Notes: generated from the letters alone by a model not told the origin. Shown: positions 37,046-50,958, counted from the first letter of the whole stretch. The stretch is 62,571 nucleotides of DNA, filler included, from Hausera hauseri (GCA_046269625.1; 11 parts of 11 records of this genome joined end to end with filler, not necessarily neighbours in it); one strand, 5' to 3'. Made by a program: numbers and translations.

Positions 37046-37650
37046 GGAGCNNNNNNNNNNNNNNNNNNNNNNNNNNNNNNNNNNNNNNNNNNNNTTAATT
37101 AATTAANNNNNNNNNNNNNNNNNNNNNNNNNNNNNNNNNNNNNNNNNNNNTGTGTTGTATTTTTATTTCCGTTAAATGACTTGATTATTAATATTGCGGA
37201 CGCATGGTATGTATATTTTTTGAAAAATTTTCAAACTTTACAGAGCGTACTTAGTTCTATTACGATACAGGGCGAATTTTACTTAAGAGATGACTGAGTT
37301 CAATGTCTTTAAAAGAATTTGAAGATGAAAATCATTGTCGTATTATAACAGATGTGTTAAAAGAAATATCGTTTGATCGAAACTAGAAATTATCGCAGAA
37401 GTCTGTAAAATCTTGAATGAATGCAAAAAAAATTTTTTTACGGATTGATTGGCCTTGTAGATTTTGTGGTGGTTTGCTTTAATAATAAATTTTTTTTCTG
37501 TCTGATTCGAATTTGATTTTTTGCTACGCCATTTTTTTATTAAACAATTCGGGTGAATTTAAATGTTGATATTTTTCAATCGCCAGTTACGGAAAATTTA
37601 GGTCCAAGCAACAGTTTATAAATTCGACGTTGGAAAATCGTTACGTTTTC

Positions 37651-38090
37651 ATGTTGATAAAGAAATTGCGAAAAGTAAATTAGATAATTATGATGTTGGA
37701 AGTTTGTTGGGTACTGGGAAATTTGGTCGTGCTTTTTTAGCTAAGACGAAAAAGAAGCATTCATCTGTGCAGTGAAGGGTATGTTCAAAAATTCATGGTA
37801 TGCAAATGATTCTATTAATTTCGTTTTTTGTGAAGTAAATACTATGATTAAATTATCTCATCAGAATATTTTACAATTATATACGTGGTTTGATGATGAT
37901 ATTCGAATTTTTCTGGTTTCTGAGTATGCGTGGTGCGGTCAGATGTCGGCTACTTTATGTGAAGCACTTGTGTATTATCATTTAAAAGACGTTATACGTC
38001 GCGACGTAAAGCCTGGAAATTGGCTCACAGATTATGATTACAATCTGAAATTGGCAGATTTTGGATGGTCCTTGCATTCTCCTGGAATAA
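37651..38090 (+). pseudogene. Aurora-type Ser/Thr kinase fragment, intronless, with frameshift, internal deletion and truncation
   Basis: LGTGKFGRAFLAK, AVK, LSHQNILQLYTWF, RRDVKPGN and LKLADFGWS. DFGWS is Aurora-typical. Confidence 0.85.
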
Positions 38091-38114
38091 ATTTTCTATC
38101 GAAAATCCTGAATA

Positions 38115-39545
38115 GTGACGGTACTGGTGTGTCAAATTACCGTTACGACTCCAATGAAATTATTGAATAATACGTCAATACTCGGCTCCGATTTCCTGTC
38201 ACGCTATAACTTGCTAGTCAATTGTAACCACCGATGCCTGAAATCAAATACACCTGAAGTCTGTAGTACTGGAATAGGTAGCACCCTGACGACAGCACAG
38301 CTAACGGTAAATAGGCAGTCAATCTTAAAACAATCAATAACTCTTCCTAATTCTCTTAACTATCACGCTTTACCTCGTAAGATTTTAAAGGATAATGTCG
38401 GTAGTCAATCACAACTCAATTTCGATATTCACGATCTTGTATCTTCAGTAAAATCACTAAACAACACCACTTACTCAAATAAGGTCTTGGACACGACCAT
38501 TCTACATCAAATTCCACTCGATTTCCCACCAACAATCAACCAACATTCATCAATTACTGTTAGCAACATCGGTTCATCGTCACTTCCTATATTCCAGCCA
38601 CTACCCGTAAGTTTGCAACAATTCATCAATACCTCTTGTCCTCGTATACTTCAGAAAGATTGGAATTTCATTCCTGTAAACGGCATTTACCACCATATAA
38701 TTATACGACAACAAAGACCAATTCGACAAAAGGTCCGTCCATTGTCACCGCGTCACAGGTAGGCAGTAGAGGCGGAATTTTTTGAACTTGAACAATCAGG
38801 TATCGTCCGTAGATCTAAATCCTCATGGTCTTCGCCCCTCAACTTTGTCCAAAAAAGATGGATCCTTCCGACTATGCGGCGATTACCGCCAACTTAATAC
38901 TTTAACCATAATGGATGCATATCCACTGCCATTAATCAAAGACATTACATCGGCTTAATACTACTACAGTCTATTCAACAATTGATGTAGTCAAAGCTTA
39001 CCACCAAATTCCTGTCGTACCGGAAGACATCGAGAAAACTGCAGTTACCACATCTTTCGGTCTTTATGAGTACTTGTACATGCCTTTCGGTCTCCCGAAT
39101 GCTGCGCAAACTTTTCGGCGACACGTCGACTCAATACTTTCAGACTTCTCTTTTGCGCATCCATATACTGACGATATCTTGGTTGCTTCTTCTTTTGTTA
39201 AACAACACGAGGAACACTTACCATCTATCTTCAAACGACTTAACCAGTTCAACCTACAAATTAATTTTGCAAAATGTAACTTCGTTCAAAAACGCGTTAA
39301 CTTTCTTGGACATATTATCTCATCAAACGGCCATTCACTTCAGCCTGATCGAGTTGAGACTCTTAAAAACGTCCAACGACCTAGGACAACCACAGAAATG
39401 CGCAGTTTTCTTGGTACCTTGTATTTCGTCCACAAATATATTCCATATTGTTCGGAACTCACGGCACCATTTGCACACTTAAGTGGAGGAAAAAAACACC
39501 AGAAGATCCAGTGGATACCACAATTAGTTAATAAATTTGATAGGC
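38115..39545 (+). mobile_element. Ty3/Gypsy (CsRn1-like) pol fragment: end of protease plus RT
   Basis: [43 protein letters not shown] and FLGH. Closely similar to 57355-59000. Confidence 0.9.
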
Positions 39546-41236
39546 TACGCGAACGTTCTCTCGTCCATGTAAATCATTTAAAGAACATTAATATGTCCGT
39601 TCAATATCGAATTGATCCTAGCTCAGCGGAAAACAAGTCGTTGCATACTTTGTACGATCTGCTCCATTCATTGGTTATCAGTCTGTGATTAGACGTGCTA
39701 CACGAAAAATCCGCATCACTATTGCCAATATGACATTAATAATTTCATTGTTAGCCAGTAAAATCGATGGCCTTAGTCTCAAGATTCAAACTAATTCTGC
39801 AACCGTAATTATTAGAACATCGTTCCAAATTGAATTGGACTGTCTAACAAAATTCCAAGATAAGAAAATTAATTTGATTCTCAACGACTTAGATAAAGAT
39901 ATCAACGAATTACTTATCCGATCTTATGGCCATAACATTTTTACCGGCTATACCGTAGTTTCAACCCTGAACGTGAACAATAATAACATCATTAACAATA
40001 GCAGACGTAACACATCCAATTCATTAAAAAAACTTCGACTAATTCTTGTGAAATATCAATGTTTTCTAGTACTACAAAAAGCCGGTTATAAAAATCTTTA
40101 CCTGTTGCTTTACAAATCGCCAATATTTCCGGAAAAGAATGTCGAATCAATAAAACCAAATTCGTCCTATGACTTTCTCAATCGAGAATCGAATGACTTA
40201 TGCGAATTGATCTACATGCCAGTGAACTAAGAAAAGAATTACTGCATGTTGATTGTTTGCGAAACACAACCTCAAACGACACCGAATTATCAGATATGCA
40301 GTTTAGTTGCGTTGAAAGTGCTTTCCGTGTCTCAAAAGCATATTCTGAACAAATGGCCAAATATTATGACTCTTTTACAATGGGGATCGATCTGAACGCC
40401 CCAAAATGTCGAACTTTTTATTATTTTTCCTGTGTTAAATTTTATCAGGACAAGCACAACGTAATACATTCCGAACTACAGTAGGCACTGAACATTTTCA
40501 ACTATTTAAGTTACATAGAGTATTTAAATACATTATTAAAACAGGAGTGGGATTTCTCGGTTTGGTTTTTTCCTGATCACCGTCTGTATTTTATGGATCT
40601 AAAAATCCATACATGAGAGAGGAATCGTCACTACCGAACTAGAATTTTAGAGCATTCACAACCGAGTAGATATATTTGGAGTAGTCCATATTTCGAAATG
40701 AAATATTTTAATATTTAAAATCTGGGTGCATATATAATAAAATCTATATGCAATTTATATTAGTCAAAATATTTAATGATTATTATTGGCTAGGATCGAA
40801 TGCGTTACAAAATCTTGAACGGCTGAATGGACAATTTTTTTCAAAATATTGAAATTTCTATTACACAGTGTGTATGTTCGTTCTCATATAGAGGAGGTCC
40901 CATGAATAGCATTTAGATAAAGAAATTTAATACAAACGGTGCGTACCTTAAGGTGCCATACTCGACTATAGTAAGCTGAGTTAAAAGGTACAGTCATAAA
41001 AATTTCGCATCGAGAAGGGCTTTTGTAAAATGTGGTTTTCGCACTCAGCATAAAATCCAGAATACTGAAAAGGCGTGTAAGCCAATTCGTATAATAGTTG
41101 TAAAGGAATTGAAAATAAATGATATTCAAATAAATTGAAATGTATTTTTGGATTAAATTAAAATTTCAACCAGTTGAGTAGCCCTGTGCTAGAAGAGTTC
41201 CAAGCTTTTTGTTAGTTGTTTTTGTTGTCTCCTCAG

Positions 41237-42021
41237 ATGATGAAGATGACGACGACGATGAGGAGATTGACGTGGTGACCGTGGAGCACAAGCAGCAGCG
41301 TAAGCCTCGCCGACTGGTCGCCACCCGCAAACCTGTGACCATAACAGTTCGGGCGGACCCCCACGACCCCGGCACCAAGCGGTTCCACATCTCCATCCAC
41401 CAACAGCAGCACAACTACGCTGCCCCCTCCCCGGACATTCTGCCGGTGGCGTCTGAGCCGCCCCGGAAGAAGCTTCGACAGGAAGCCGCCGCTCCTGCGA
41501 CGCACCCTCACCTGAACTCTCTCCACCACCAGCCCCGCTTTGGCCACGCCCCCCTGAACTTGGACAGCTGGAAGTCGCACGTCACCGTGGCCGGAGTCAG
41601 GTCAGAGTCCCCCACCCTCAGCGCCTCCTCGCCCACCTCCTCCTCGTCGCCATCGTCTTTGCCCTACTCCTCCTCCTCCTCCTCCTCTTCTCACCAGCTT
41701 CAGAGCTCGCCCTCAAAGCCCCCCTCCCACCTGTCGAGCCCCCAGTCCTCGGACTGCGAGGACACGGACAAGCGGCGGGCGCACAACTTCCTGGAGCGCA
41801 AGCGGCGGAACGACCTGCGCTCGCGCTTCCTGTCGCTGCGGGACGAGATCCCGGGCTTGGCGGACTGCCCCAAGACCCCGAAGGTGGCCATCCTGACGCG
41901 GGCCACAGAGTACCTGCAGCAGCTGCACGCCGCCGACAGACAGAAGGCTCAGGAGAGGAAGCAGCTGAGAGCCCGGCAGCTGCAGCTGCTCCAGCGGCTG
42001 GCGCAGCTCAAACGCTCCTGA
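41237..42021 (+). CDS. mycl: L-Myc (bHLH-ZIP) terminal coding exon, teleost-like
   Basis: Pyrimidine tract and CAG acceptor ending at 41236. EEIDVVTVE, FHISIHQQQHNYAA, KRRAHNFLERKRRNDLRSRFLSLRD, PKVAIL and a leucine zipper. Very GC-rich codons. Confidence 0.9.
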
Positions 42022-43198
42022 GCGGGACCGGGATCAGCTGTCGCACTCACAGACGCTCGGCGCTGAATGGTTCGCTCCGAGTCGCTGGATCGTTGCTGCG
42101 TCTCTCTTCTGTTAGTTTTTGCTTTATAATTTGTGATTTGCNNNNNNNNNNNNNNNNNNNNNNNNNNNNNNNNNNNNNNNNNNNNTTAATTAATTAANNN
42201 NNNNNNNNNNNNNNNNNNNNNNNNNNNNNNNNNNNNNNNNNTGTCGGAATGGTAGATACTCGATCTACTTACACTATATAATAACGGATTCACCTAATCG
42301 GGGGATAAAAAATAAGTACCGATTCACCAATTCGTGAAATTCATTTCTGTTTAAACGCATCAATTCAAATGGAGGGAGGTACATTATTCTGTGCCAGAAC
42401 TCTCATTTTTCCTCTACTCGTTACAAATTGCTTTGGAATGCAAATTTTCTATCACATCTGTTTTTTGTAACATACTGTTGTCTACTGTCAGAAACAAATG
42501 TTTCATACCGCGTTATACGAAGGATATACATAAAGATTGTTAAAAGAAATGCACTGCGCCATGGAACTAAGGATTTAATTGAAACCACAAAAATTTAACT
42601 TCCGAGTCATAATTGACTGATTCGATTGCTTTCATTATTTTGACAGGAATATCAGGAGCTTCACTTTCGCCAGCAACCTTTTTTTCCTCACTAACTTTGT
42701 CGTCTTTAGCCATTCCTCACAATGTTACACTAGAGAACATTATCACGCAATTAATCATTAGATAATTCCATTTCATTGATTTAACTCCTCTATATTAAAT
42801 CGGCTATCTATCTAGAAGGCGATAACACGACAATATCCGAACGACAACCGAATGCTAAAAAGGAAAAATCCCCTAAGAAATCACCAAAGAAACCAAAATT
42901 AAAATTATCCAGTTTCAACGTTGACGGTATAATAGCTATTGTTACAGAACTTAGGTTTTGTTATTAAAGGAACTGTCAAAGAAGAATGTTCACTGTCAGA
43001 GAAAAAAATTAAACACGTCAGTTTGGGAAAGCTCAATTTATTTTCAGAACTAGAAGCGAATGAAGTTGGTTTATGAACATTTTCATTTAGTTTTATTATC
43101 GTTTTCTGAAGGCTGATGTCAAACAATCATCAAGGCAACCAAACGGTTGGACTTTCATCTTCCCCGTTGCCTATTGTTTGCTTGTTTTTTCTGTTTAG

Positions 43199-43457
43199 GT
43201 AGCTCAGTTACTTCGATGTCTCCTAAGAAACATTCGACTTTGTTACTGCAAAAGGATTGCTACACAAATGCAGAAATTGATGCTCTTGAACGAGAACAGG
43301 ACAAAATCGATGATGAAGCTTCAAGACTCGAGAAACAGTTGCGAATGGCGATGGCTAGCAAAGATAAGAACAGAGAATCGATTCTTTTGCATAAGTGGTT
43401 TGATTTGGTCGATAAGAAAAATGCCCTTATAAGACGTAACATGCAACTTCAAATTTT
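43199..43457 (+). CDS. EHBP1: Internal exon encoding a bMERB (DUF3585) domain, EHBP1-like
   Basis: EIDALEREQDKIDDEASRLEKQLR..WFDLVDKKNALIRR, bounded by TTTAG (43198) and GTAAG (43458). MICAL-like proteins cannot be fully excluded. Confidence 0.75.
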
Positions 43458-43532
43458 GTAAGAATAATGTTTAGTTTTTTTTCTAAATTTCTTAGTTTAA
43501 TTTTATTATTAGATCTCTACATTTTAGCCATT

Positions 43533-44293
43533 TGTTGCCATATTGGATAAGTTATATTGTTGATTTATATTATATGAATATGTCGTAGAGTGAGAATAAT
43601 TGGTTATCGCGTGTGAACAATCAACACGGATAATTGTACATAGTCCAAAACTAAATAATATAGAAAAATAACAGGTGTTTATTGGAATATCGAAATAAAG
43701 AGATAACATTATGTGTGTAAATATTATGAGAGGCCTGAATTATTAGTGTAAATATTATTTTAAAAAGGCCGAATTGATTGTAAATACCGTTGAAATCAAT
43801 TAATTGGTATGAGAATTGAAGTAAATAAGATAGTGAGGGCTATATAAGCCAGTGATTCAAATTCAAAAGAGAGAAGAGAGAAACCAGTTGAACTGTGCTC
43901 AGAAGCTGATCAGGAATTCAAAGCAGACAATTCAGTTACAAACAATTGACGATATTACGAGTTGATTTGACTTATCTTGCTGACGATTGATTTTTCCGAA
44001 TTTTGTGGTATAATTTGATTTTAAATATATTGCTGTTTTAAAATCTTAGATAGCTTTTTCGTCGCTCTTTAAGAGGGACTAGTACTACACTAAGTTTTAA
44101 ATTTATTTAACGTCTCTAGATAAGACTAGAAATTGTAAATTAAAGCATTCACTGCACGCAGTACCCGCAAGCTAAAATCAAGTGCAAACTTCTAACGAGA
44201 ACGTTAGAACTTATCTGCTTAAATCAAAACTTATTAAACGAATCTTACTGTTATAGTTAAGTGTTGGATAGGGCCCACCTTCAACTATTAACA
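43533..44293 (+). mobile_element. Possible solo LTR
   Basis: TGTT..AACA ends, GGCTATATAAG TATA box at ~43840 followed by an AG-rich tract. No TSD found. Confidence 0.25.
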
Positions 44294-45582
44294 CAAATAA
44301 TCAGAGAGACGTGCAAAATATAACATGAAAATACCTTTTGCCAAAGAAATCAAAATAACGCAATTGGAGGTTTTAAATGTGACATCTTTTCGCACTTGTT
44401 CAAATTTCTCCATTACGTTTATGAATTCTGAACTTTGATTAATATCTCGAGAAAGGAACAATTTTTTTTAAAATATTCGATTTTTATTGTTTTCTTGATG
44501 TTCTGCCAAGATTCATTGAATATTTGGCCTGCAGTCTGTGGTCACTCATGTGCATGACCAATATTTTTATATTACGGAATATACTACGGAACACTAGATT
44601 GAGTAAAGGAACGAATATTTTGACATAGTTCAAAACTCCTAAACACAATGGGGAAGATTTGAACAAGTTCAAAATTCTGTCACATTTAAAAGATCTACCT
44701 TTGCAGAAAACTGTAATAAATACCAAAATTTACAGTAAAATTCATTTCCTTGTAAAGATATTTGTGTTTATTTTCTTACCTGAAACATCGAATAAATGGC
44801 AAATGAAGTAGGCATTTAAGTATAGGATTTTCAAGTCATGTTAATATCACGGCTGTGATAAAAGCATTAATTCAGTGGGAGCATTGATGGAGAAACTACA
44901 AATTTTGTGTACATTTATTGACAACTAACAGCATTATTGACAAGCTCTGGCTGAAAAGACGACCGAATGTGCAAAATGATTAGCATTAAAACATCAAAAA
45001 GTCCATCGAAAAATCCATATTTCTCTCAGAAGAAGGTCAACCAGTCTAAGGATAATCATATACATTTTACGAAAAGTACGAAAACAGTACTAGCGAGAGA
45101 AGCGGTTTTCAGTGCGATGAAAGTACGGTTTATGTGGTGGAGGGCAAAGAATCTATAAGGTAAAAATATTCAAGATTTTCAGAAATAAATCAAACATATT
45201 GAGCCCTATTTTATCATTTGTCGAAAGGAGTATTGGTTCAGTTCTACTTTCAGTAAGACTTTGAATTTTACCAGGAAGTTCCAAGATGATAAATTCAATG
45301 ACTGGGCAAATTCAGGTCCACCACTTGACCTCCTTTAAATTCAGATTTTGTCTTGTACACTTACAAGCCAATGATAATTTAATGATTTGATAGAATGTCT
45401 CTTTATTTTGTGGTAATTACGTTGTATTTAATGTTCCTTTTTGCATGTGGTAGTAACTTATAGGGTATACTTATTCTGCAACTTGAAATGATTTATGATG
45501 GATCAAGATAAAATTATCATGACCCAGTTTTAGAATATTTCAATGAAAATATAGACCATCTTCCTTTCAATTTATATCTATA

Positions 45583-46541
45583 CAGTCTGCACATAGTACT
45601 CCCGTTTATACTTAATTTGATACCAAATTTTTACAGACATTTGTTCATCTGCAACTTTTTAGGAATATAGTCTTTTTGGTCATTTTTTGAATAACGTTAC
45701 CTACATTGAAATTGAGGCAGAATTAAAAAGTCTACCTTTGTTTTTCAACGCATTTGATTAACATAAATTTGTTATATTCAAGAACATTATGAACACTTAT
45801 TAATACAAGAAAAAATTTACTCCTTTTCATGCTGCTTTACGGCAGTTAGCTGATATTTTCTCCGTTGCTGTTATAAAGGAAGATGTAGGAATTTTCCTGA
45901 GAACTGATCTTGCCTTCCTTATTAAAGAATCTGCATTTTTGGCTTGAACATTATTAGAGTAGACCAAACGTTTGAAATGAAACCAAATTCATCAACTGGT
46001 CTAAGCTGAGGAACATTAGGGGGTTCATATCTTTTAGGATATAAGGAATGCACAGAGAGGTCTTTGTGTCTAAGGCACATTGAGCGTAGTGTGAGGATGC
46101 TATGTCAGGTCAGAAGACAACCGCATCACAAGTATGTTTCTCCAAGATGAATTTGACAATCTTAGGCAAGCATTTGGCGCGGTAAACGTCTCCTGTGATG
46201 AGCAAACCACCTTTGATAAACACTGGCACGGACATGCCACGCTCACTGATAGATAACCATAGAAATACTTTTTTGGAAACTTTGCACGTGGTATATACTT
46301 TATAGTTTCACTTGTTGGGGCGTCCTTGCCACTCATTTCCATCAACCGTCAGATATATCTCGTAATTCATCACACAAACTACATTTGACTTGGCAGGGAC
46401 AATCCCCATCTTCTTAAAATAGACCTTCACAGTTCTATAATGACAATTAAAACGCTGGACAAAGATGCATATGATTTTGCCCCCTTCCTATCAGTAGCCA
46501 TTTTGAGTAGCCGCTTCACATTTGATTTATATAAACTAGAT
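45583..46541 (-). mobile_element. IS630-Tc1-mariner transposon relic
   Basis: Decayed catalytic motifs VMNYEIY (normally VMDDETY), F*PDIASSHYA and NPPNVPQLRPVDEF(W)..KRLVY. Candidate terminus TA|CAGTCTG at 45581-45589. Confidence 0.8.
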
Positions 46542-47474
46542 NNNNNNNNNNNNNNNNNNNNNNNNNNNNNNNNNNNNNNNNNNNNTTAATTAATTAANNN
46601 NNNNNNNNNNNNNNNNNNNNNNNNNNNNNNNNNNNNNNNNNGTGGTTATTCTAATTATCAGTTTCAAAATCAGTTTCCTGCTCCATCCTATCTTTTATTA
46701 ATTTGAGTTCATCACAGCTACTAAAAGGTAGTGATTGCTTCCTTACAGCCGCATGTCTTGTTTTGAAAAATTGTCCTTCCCGTGACTTTTCTGTTTTCTT
46801 CACAAAAAGTTAGTAAGCGTTCTCAGTTTATATTTACATTATCTAAAATGTCTCAGTTATGTTGCCTCTGTATTAATTATTCTTCCCACTGTGGTGGTTA
46901 AATCTCCCAGTATTAATGTGACATTATTTTTAAGGTTCGCTTCCACTGTTTCCTGTAAAGTAAAGAAACCCCACACAATTAAAGGGAAGCTATTTGACAA
47001 ACATTATTTGAACAGGCACATTGAATCCAAGTTTGACACAGTGAGTGTACAAAAACAGCATCAGACATTATCAGTAGTTTAAAAATATGATTATTATCTA
47101 GAATAAAAAGTTTATTTGCACGGGTCAAACTAATTATTTTAATACTAATACTTCCTTTTTAACCCCAATCACATGGTCTTTGTTAGGGCAGTTTCAGGCT
47201 GTTAATGTACCTTAGACTTTGAATCATGTACAAATAGATGTAATATTTTACCAGCAGTAGTCCTGTTTATTGCTTGTGTCATAAACAACTCTTTGTGCAT
47301 CGTCATCATGTTCCTGCCATATCCTGAAGGGCTGGGACATTAACAGCGCTTTTAGGGGTATTAGTCATCAGCAGATGCCACTCGGATAAGGAAGAGGGAT
47401 GGCTGCATTATCTGTGATACATCATAGCCTTTTGCACCAACACGCACCACATTAAACCACTCCACCAACATAAC

Positions 47475-48776
47475 TGTAACTGTTAAGGCTGAACACCATT
47501 GTAAACGCAATGCAATAATTTGACAAGTCCACCATCAACTAATTAACTATAAATTTAATAACACAACAATAATGTCTAAATAGCCAATGCTTCTACTATA
47601 CAATCTATCTCAGTCCCACATTCTTCCAGTTATGTTTCCACACTTCCGGCCGCCATATTTTATCCGACTAGTAGAGATCCTTCTGTTACTATAACGTTAG
47701 AATACGTTAGTCAACGTGACAACCAAGTCCAACTTCACTTTCCTTGGATCCCGAAACTAAATATACTGTTCTCCCAAATCAGTCACTTTGCCTTCTTTTT
47801 ACTCTACCGTCTTTTCTCGTCTTCTTCTTCTCTAATTGTACGTATGTGTGTCAGTTTGGCAACCGCCGACCTTTAAGTTGACACACTCCTAGTGCTCTCC
47901 TTTGCCATGACCTTCACTTTAACTGTCTATAGTCTTACCCAGTGGTACCAAAAGTTACTCTGTCGACAAGCGAACAAACATATACTCACAGTTCTGACCA
48001 ATGTTCTGCCGTAACTCACTGCAGCCTTTGTGGCTCCCAACTGTCGTGAGCTTGGTTGACTTTCGCGAACAAGAATTTATTGAAACTAATAATACCGATC
48101 GACGATGCTGATGCTGTATCACTCGACGTAGTAGGCACCAATATTTTCATGTAGTTGCACCATAAATTACGAGATATGAGAGCTCTCTAATGACCGTTGG
48201 TCACGAATGATGAACTCGAAGAGATGTTGCTAACTCTGACGAATTTATGAGATTTTGACGAATGCGACAGTACTTACTGCAATAATTCGCCGTTGCATCA
48301 ATTGTTGTATAATTCTTCGATGTAAAGATGCTGAATAGTGATCTCCAGCAACAAACTCTTCTGACAATGCTGATCAGAGATGACCTTCACAACGTATGTA
48401 GTTCGTATTGATAGTTATAAGACGGACAGCTCTTGAGCACTACCAAATGCCGCGACGAATGTATGACGAATCGTGTCCGTTGCTAGCCACACGGCCCTTT
48501 TATACCGATCATTGCTAGACCGTTAGCCTAAGACGTAGATCACACTTACGTAGTAGTTCTTCAGCCAATCAGCGCTTGTTTCCTATTGCTTACCGAATGT
48601 TCTTAGACTTCTTGCCTTCCTGTTTGCTTTATCATTTATGGCTGCGTACATTTCTTGTTCTGTGGTTGGACCGCGCCATCTTTTTGTGTTAGTTCTCATG
48701 ACGTAAATTGCGTTCGCAAATTTACGTTCAATTGGCGTGCTCTAGAGTTTGGCGAACGCATTCTGCCACAGTCACA
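47475..48776 (-). repeat. 3' LTR (~1.3 kb) of an env-bearing LTR retrotransposon
   Basis: Terminal inverted ends TGTGACTGT..ACAGTTACA. Polypurine tract GAGTGAGGGG immediately upstream (48777-48786). TATAAAA at ~48500, CCAAT at ~48565, AATAAA at ~48077. Confidence 0.8.
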
Positions 48777-49742
48777 CCCCTCACTCATTTAAAGGACATT
48801 TTTCTCTACTGTCTAGTAGAAAAAAATTTCTTTACATAAATTTCTTTCTCACCCTTTCATACCGTGACCTGTACATTCACATGTAATTCTTCAAGACTGT
48901 CTTCTGTACGACAATCCTAATAATATCCACGTATTTATCAATTTTATAAAGACAAATTCAATTCACAAAACCTTAATTCAATTATCTGTAAAATACTTTA
49001 ACTTCATCCATCTTATCAACAGTTACTAACTAATTTAACCTTTAAATTCAATTCATAAAATTCATATCTTAATTACATCTATCCATAAGTATATATCTAT
49101 GTAATTTTCAGTCAACTTACAAATTCATCAGACACATATATCAATATAATATCAGCCAAGTTCCCGTGCTAACTGTTTTATTTTAATTTATCTTATTCCT
49201 CATTATCAACTTCTGGTCATTAATACCAGTATGTACAGCCTTCATCCTTTGGCTACATGCTTGGGATAACCGGTTTCCTTTTCCTTCAGTTATTTTTAGT
49301 GGCTTTTTATTTGGACCTGTTTTTCTCTTTCATACTTTAACTCTTTCATACTTCCCATGCATTCTTCATGGACATCTATATAGATGTACATCATCTCTGT
49401 GGGTTCAAATTATTGCTTTAAATCCCAAAGTAATCTCATACACGCATTCTTGCACTCATCTCGTTCGCGGGTTTGGGTTAGGTGTTCAGTTCCCCCAGTC
49501 CATTCATGGTGCAAAATGTTAACTTCTCAAAAACATTCTTTAGAGGTCTTTGCTTTCGTGTTAATTCTATTGAAAAATTCTTTAGGGGTCTTTGTCTTCG
49601 CGTTAATTCTCTGTCTTATTATATGGTGTTGCCCTTACTCCCTTTCGCGCCCCTCATCCATTTAAAAGGATGTTTTCCATTCTACCAATTAGAATGGGAA
49701 ATATCTTTCCCATTAAGCATACACGTACGAAATTTAGCCCCA

Positions 49743-50428
49743 CTAAACTTGTCGGGCCGTCAGGCTAGGGTAAATTGACCCTATATCCCTGAACTCTATC
49801 TTCGTGTCTTTAGTTTTCTGCTCTTCGGTTGCTGTTTGATTATGCAAACTGTTATTCCCATCTTCCGGTTGCTTACGGCAAGTGGTCTGGAAGTGTTTGA
49901 TTTTCTTCCACCATTCGTACTTTCTACTAAGTCCCATAACCAGTCCGCTTATAATAATGGCCGCTACTATAATTATGATGCTTATGTCTGTCCGGCTGTT
50001 ATCGTCATCTACTGCGCGAATCGCTTGAAATTGCTCTAATTCATTTAGCATTGCATCGAAGTTTATTCTTTCTACGTCTTTGAGATGTTTTGGAGGTGTC
50101 CCAAATGTAAGTTTCAATTTCTTCACTACTGTTTCTGCCTCAAAGTGTTTCCATTGCTGTATCTTTATATCCGGTGTATCTATTTTCGCTGTCTCAGTGT
50201 TGACCTGCGAGCTGAACGTTTGCAGTTCGGTGATGATTACTTCTTTTGAATACAACGTGCATCCTTTGGCTAGTTGAATTATTTCTAATTTCTCAGTTAT
50301 GCTACTTCCTCTGACTGAGCCTTGTCGTCGTGCTCACATAATTTCTGGGCTTTCATTTCGGACTTTGTGACGATCACCCATGTTCCGCTACCTATTTTCG
50401 TTACTTGTGGTGTTTGTTGGCCTCCTCA
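49743..50428 (-). pseudogene. Envelope (errantivirus/baculovirus-F-like) C-terminal relic with transmembrane anchor
   Basis: GSGTWVIVT..C..IQLAKGCTLYS, then TM IIIIVAAIIISGLVMGL and a basic cytoplasmic tail. Located upstream of the PPT/LTR. Confidence 0.6.
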
Positions 50429-50958
50429 CAGTGTTGCCAGACGGGCGGTTTTCCGCCAAGTTTGGCTATTTTTTCGGCTGCTGGCTGGAAATTTTTGCCT
50501 TTGGCGGGTTGGCTATTTTTTGGGCTATTTTCAGTGTTAGGATGGCGGTTTTTTTGGCGGTCCAGTATACTCAGGTATAGTTTGAAAGAAAATTGGTGAT
50601 AAGGAATTAAAGGATGGTCAGGGATTTTATTGACATAAGTGATAAGTGCCACAGTTGGATACGCTAGGTTGCAAGAGTGTGAACAGTGAGGTGTGGTGAT
50701 AATCAACCTGGATGGACAGGTAATTTAACTGGGGACTCATTGTTTGTAGTTTGATAAGTGGGCACTGACACGGGTGTGTTAACAAGTCCATGTGGCGTCT
50801 GAATGTGATACAAACTGAAAGTGACAGGTTAATGATAGGTAATGACAATGTAGGCGGGCTGAAGGCAGGAAATAAAATGTGTCGCGTCAGTTGATTAGTA
50901 CAGACAGTGCAGATTCGAGGATATTATTGCTGTAGAAACAACAAGGTTGTAACAGAAA
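50429..50958. mobile_element. hAT-type MITE/transposon end inserted in env
   Basis: CAGTGTTGCCAG terminus exactly where env homology stops, followed by subterminal GGCGG/TTGGC repeats. The other end is not seen. Confidence 0.55.

Noticed and set aside
39560-40560. ORFs 39685-40230 and 40200-40484
   Set aside because: They look like a decayed coding region, but I recognise no family.
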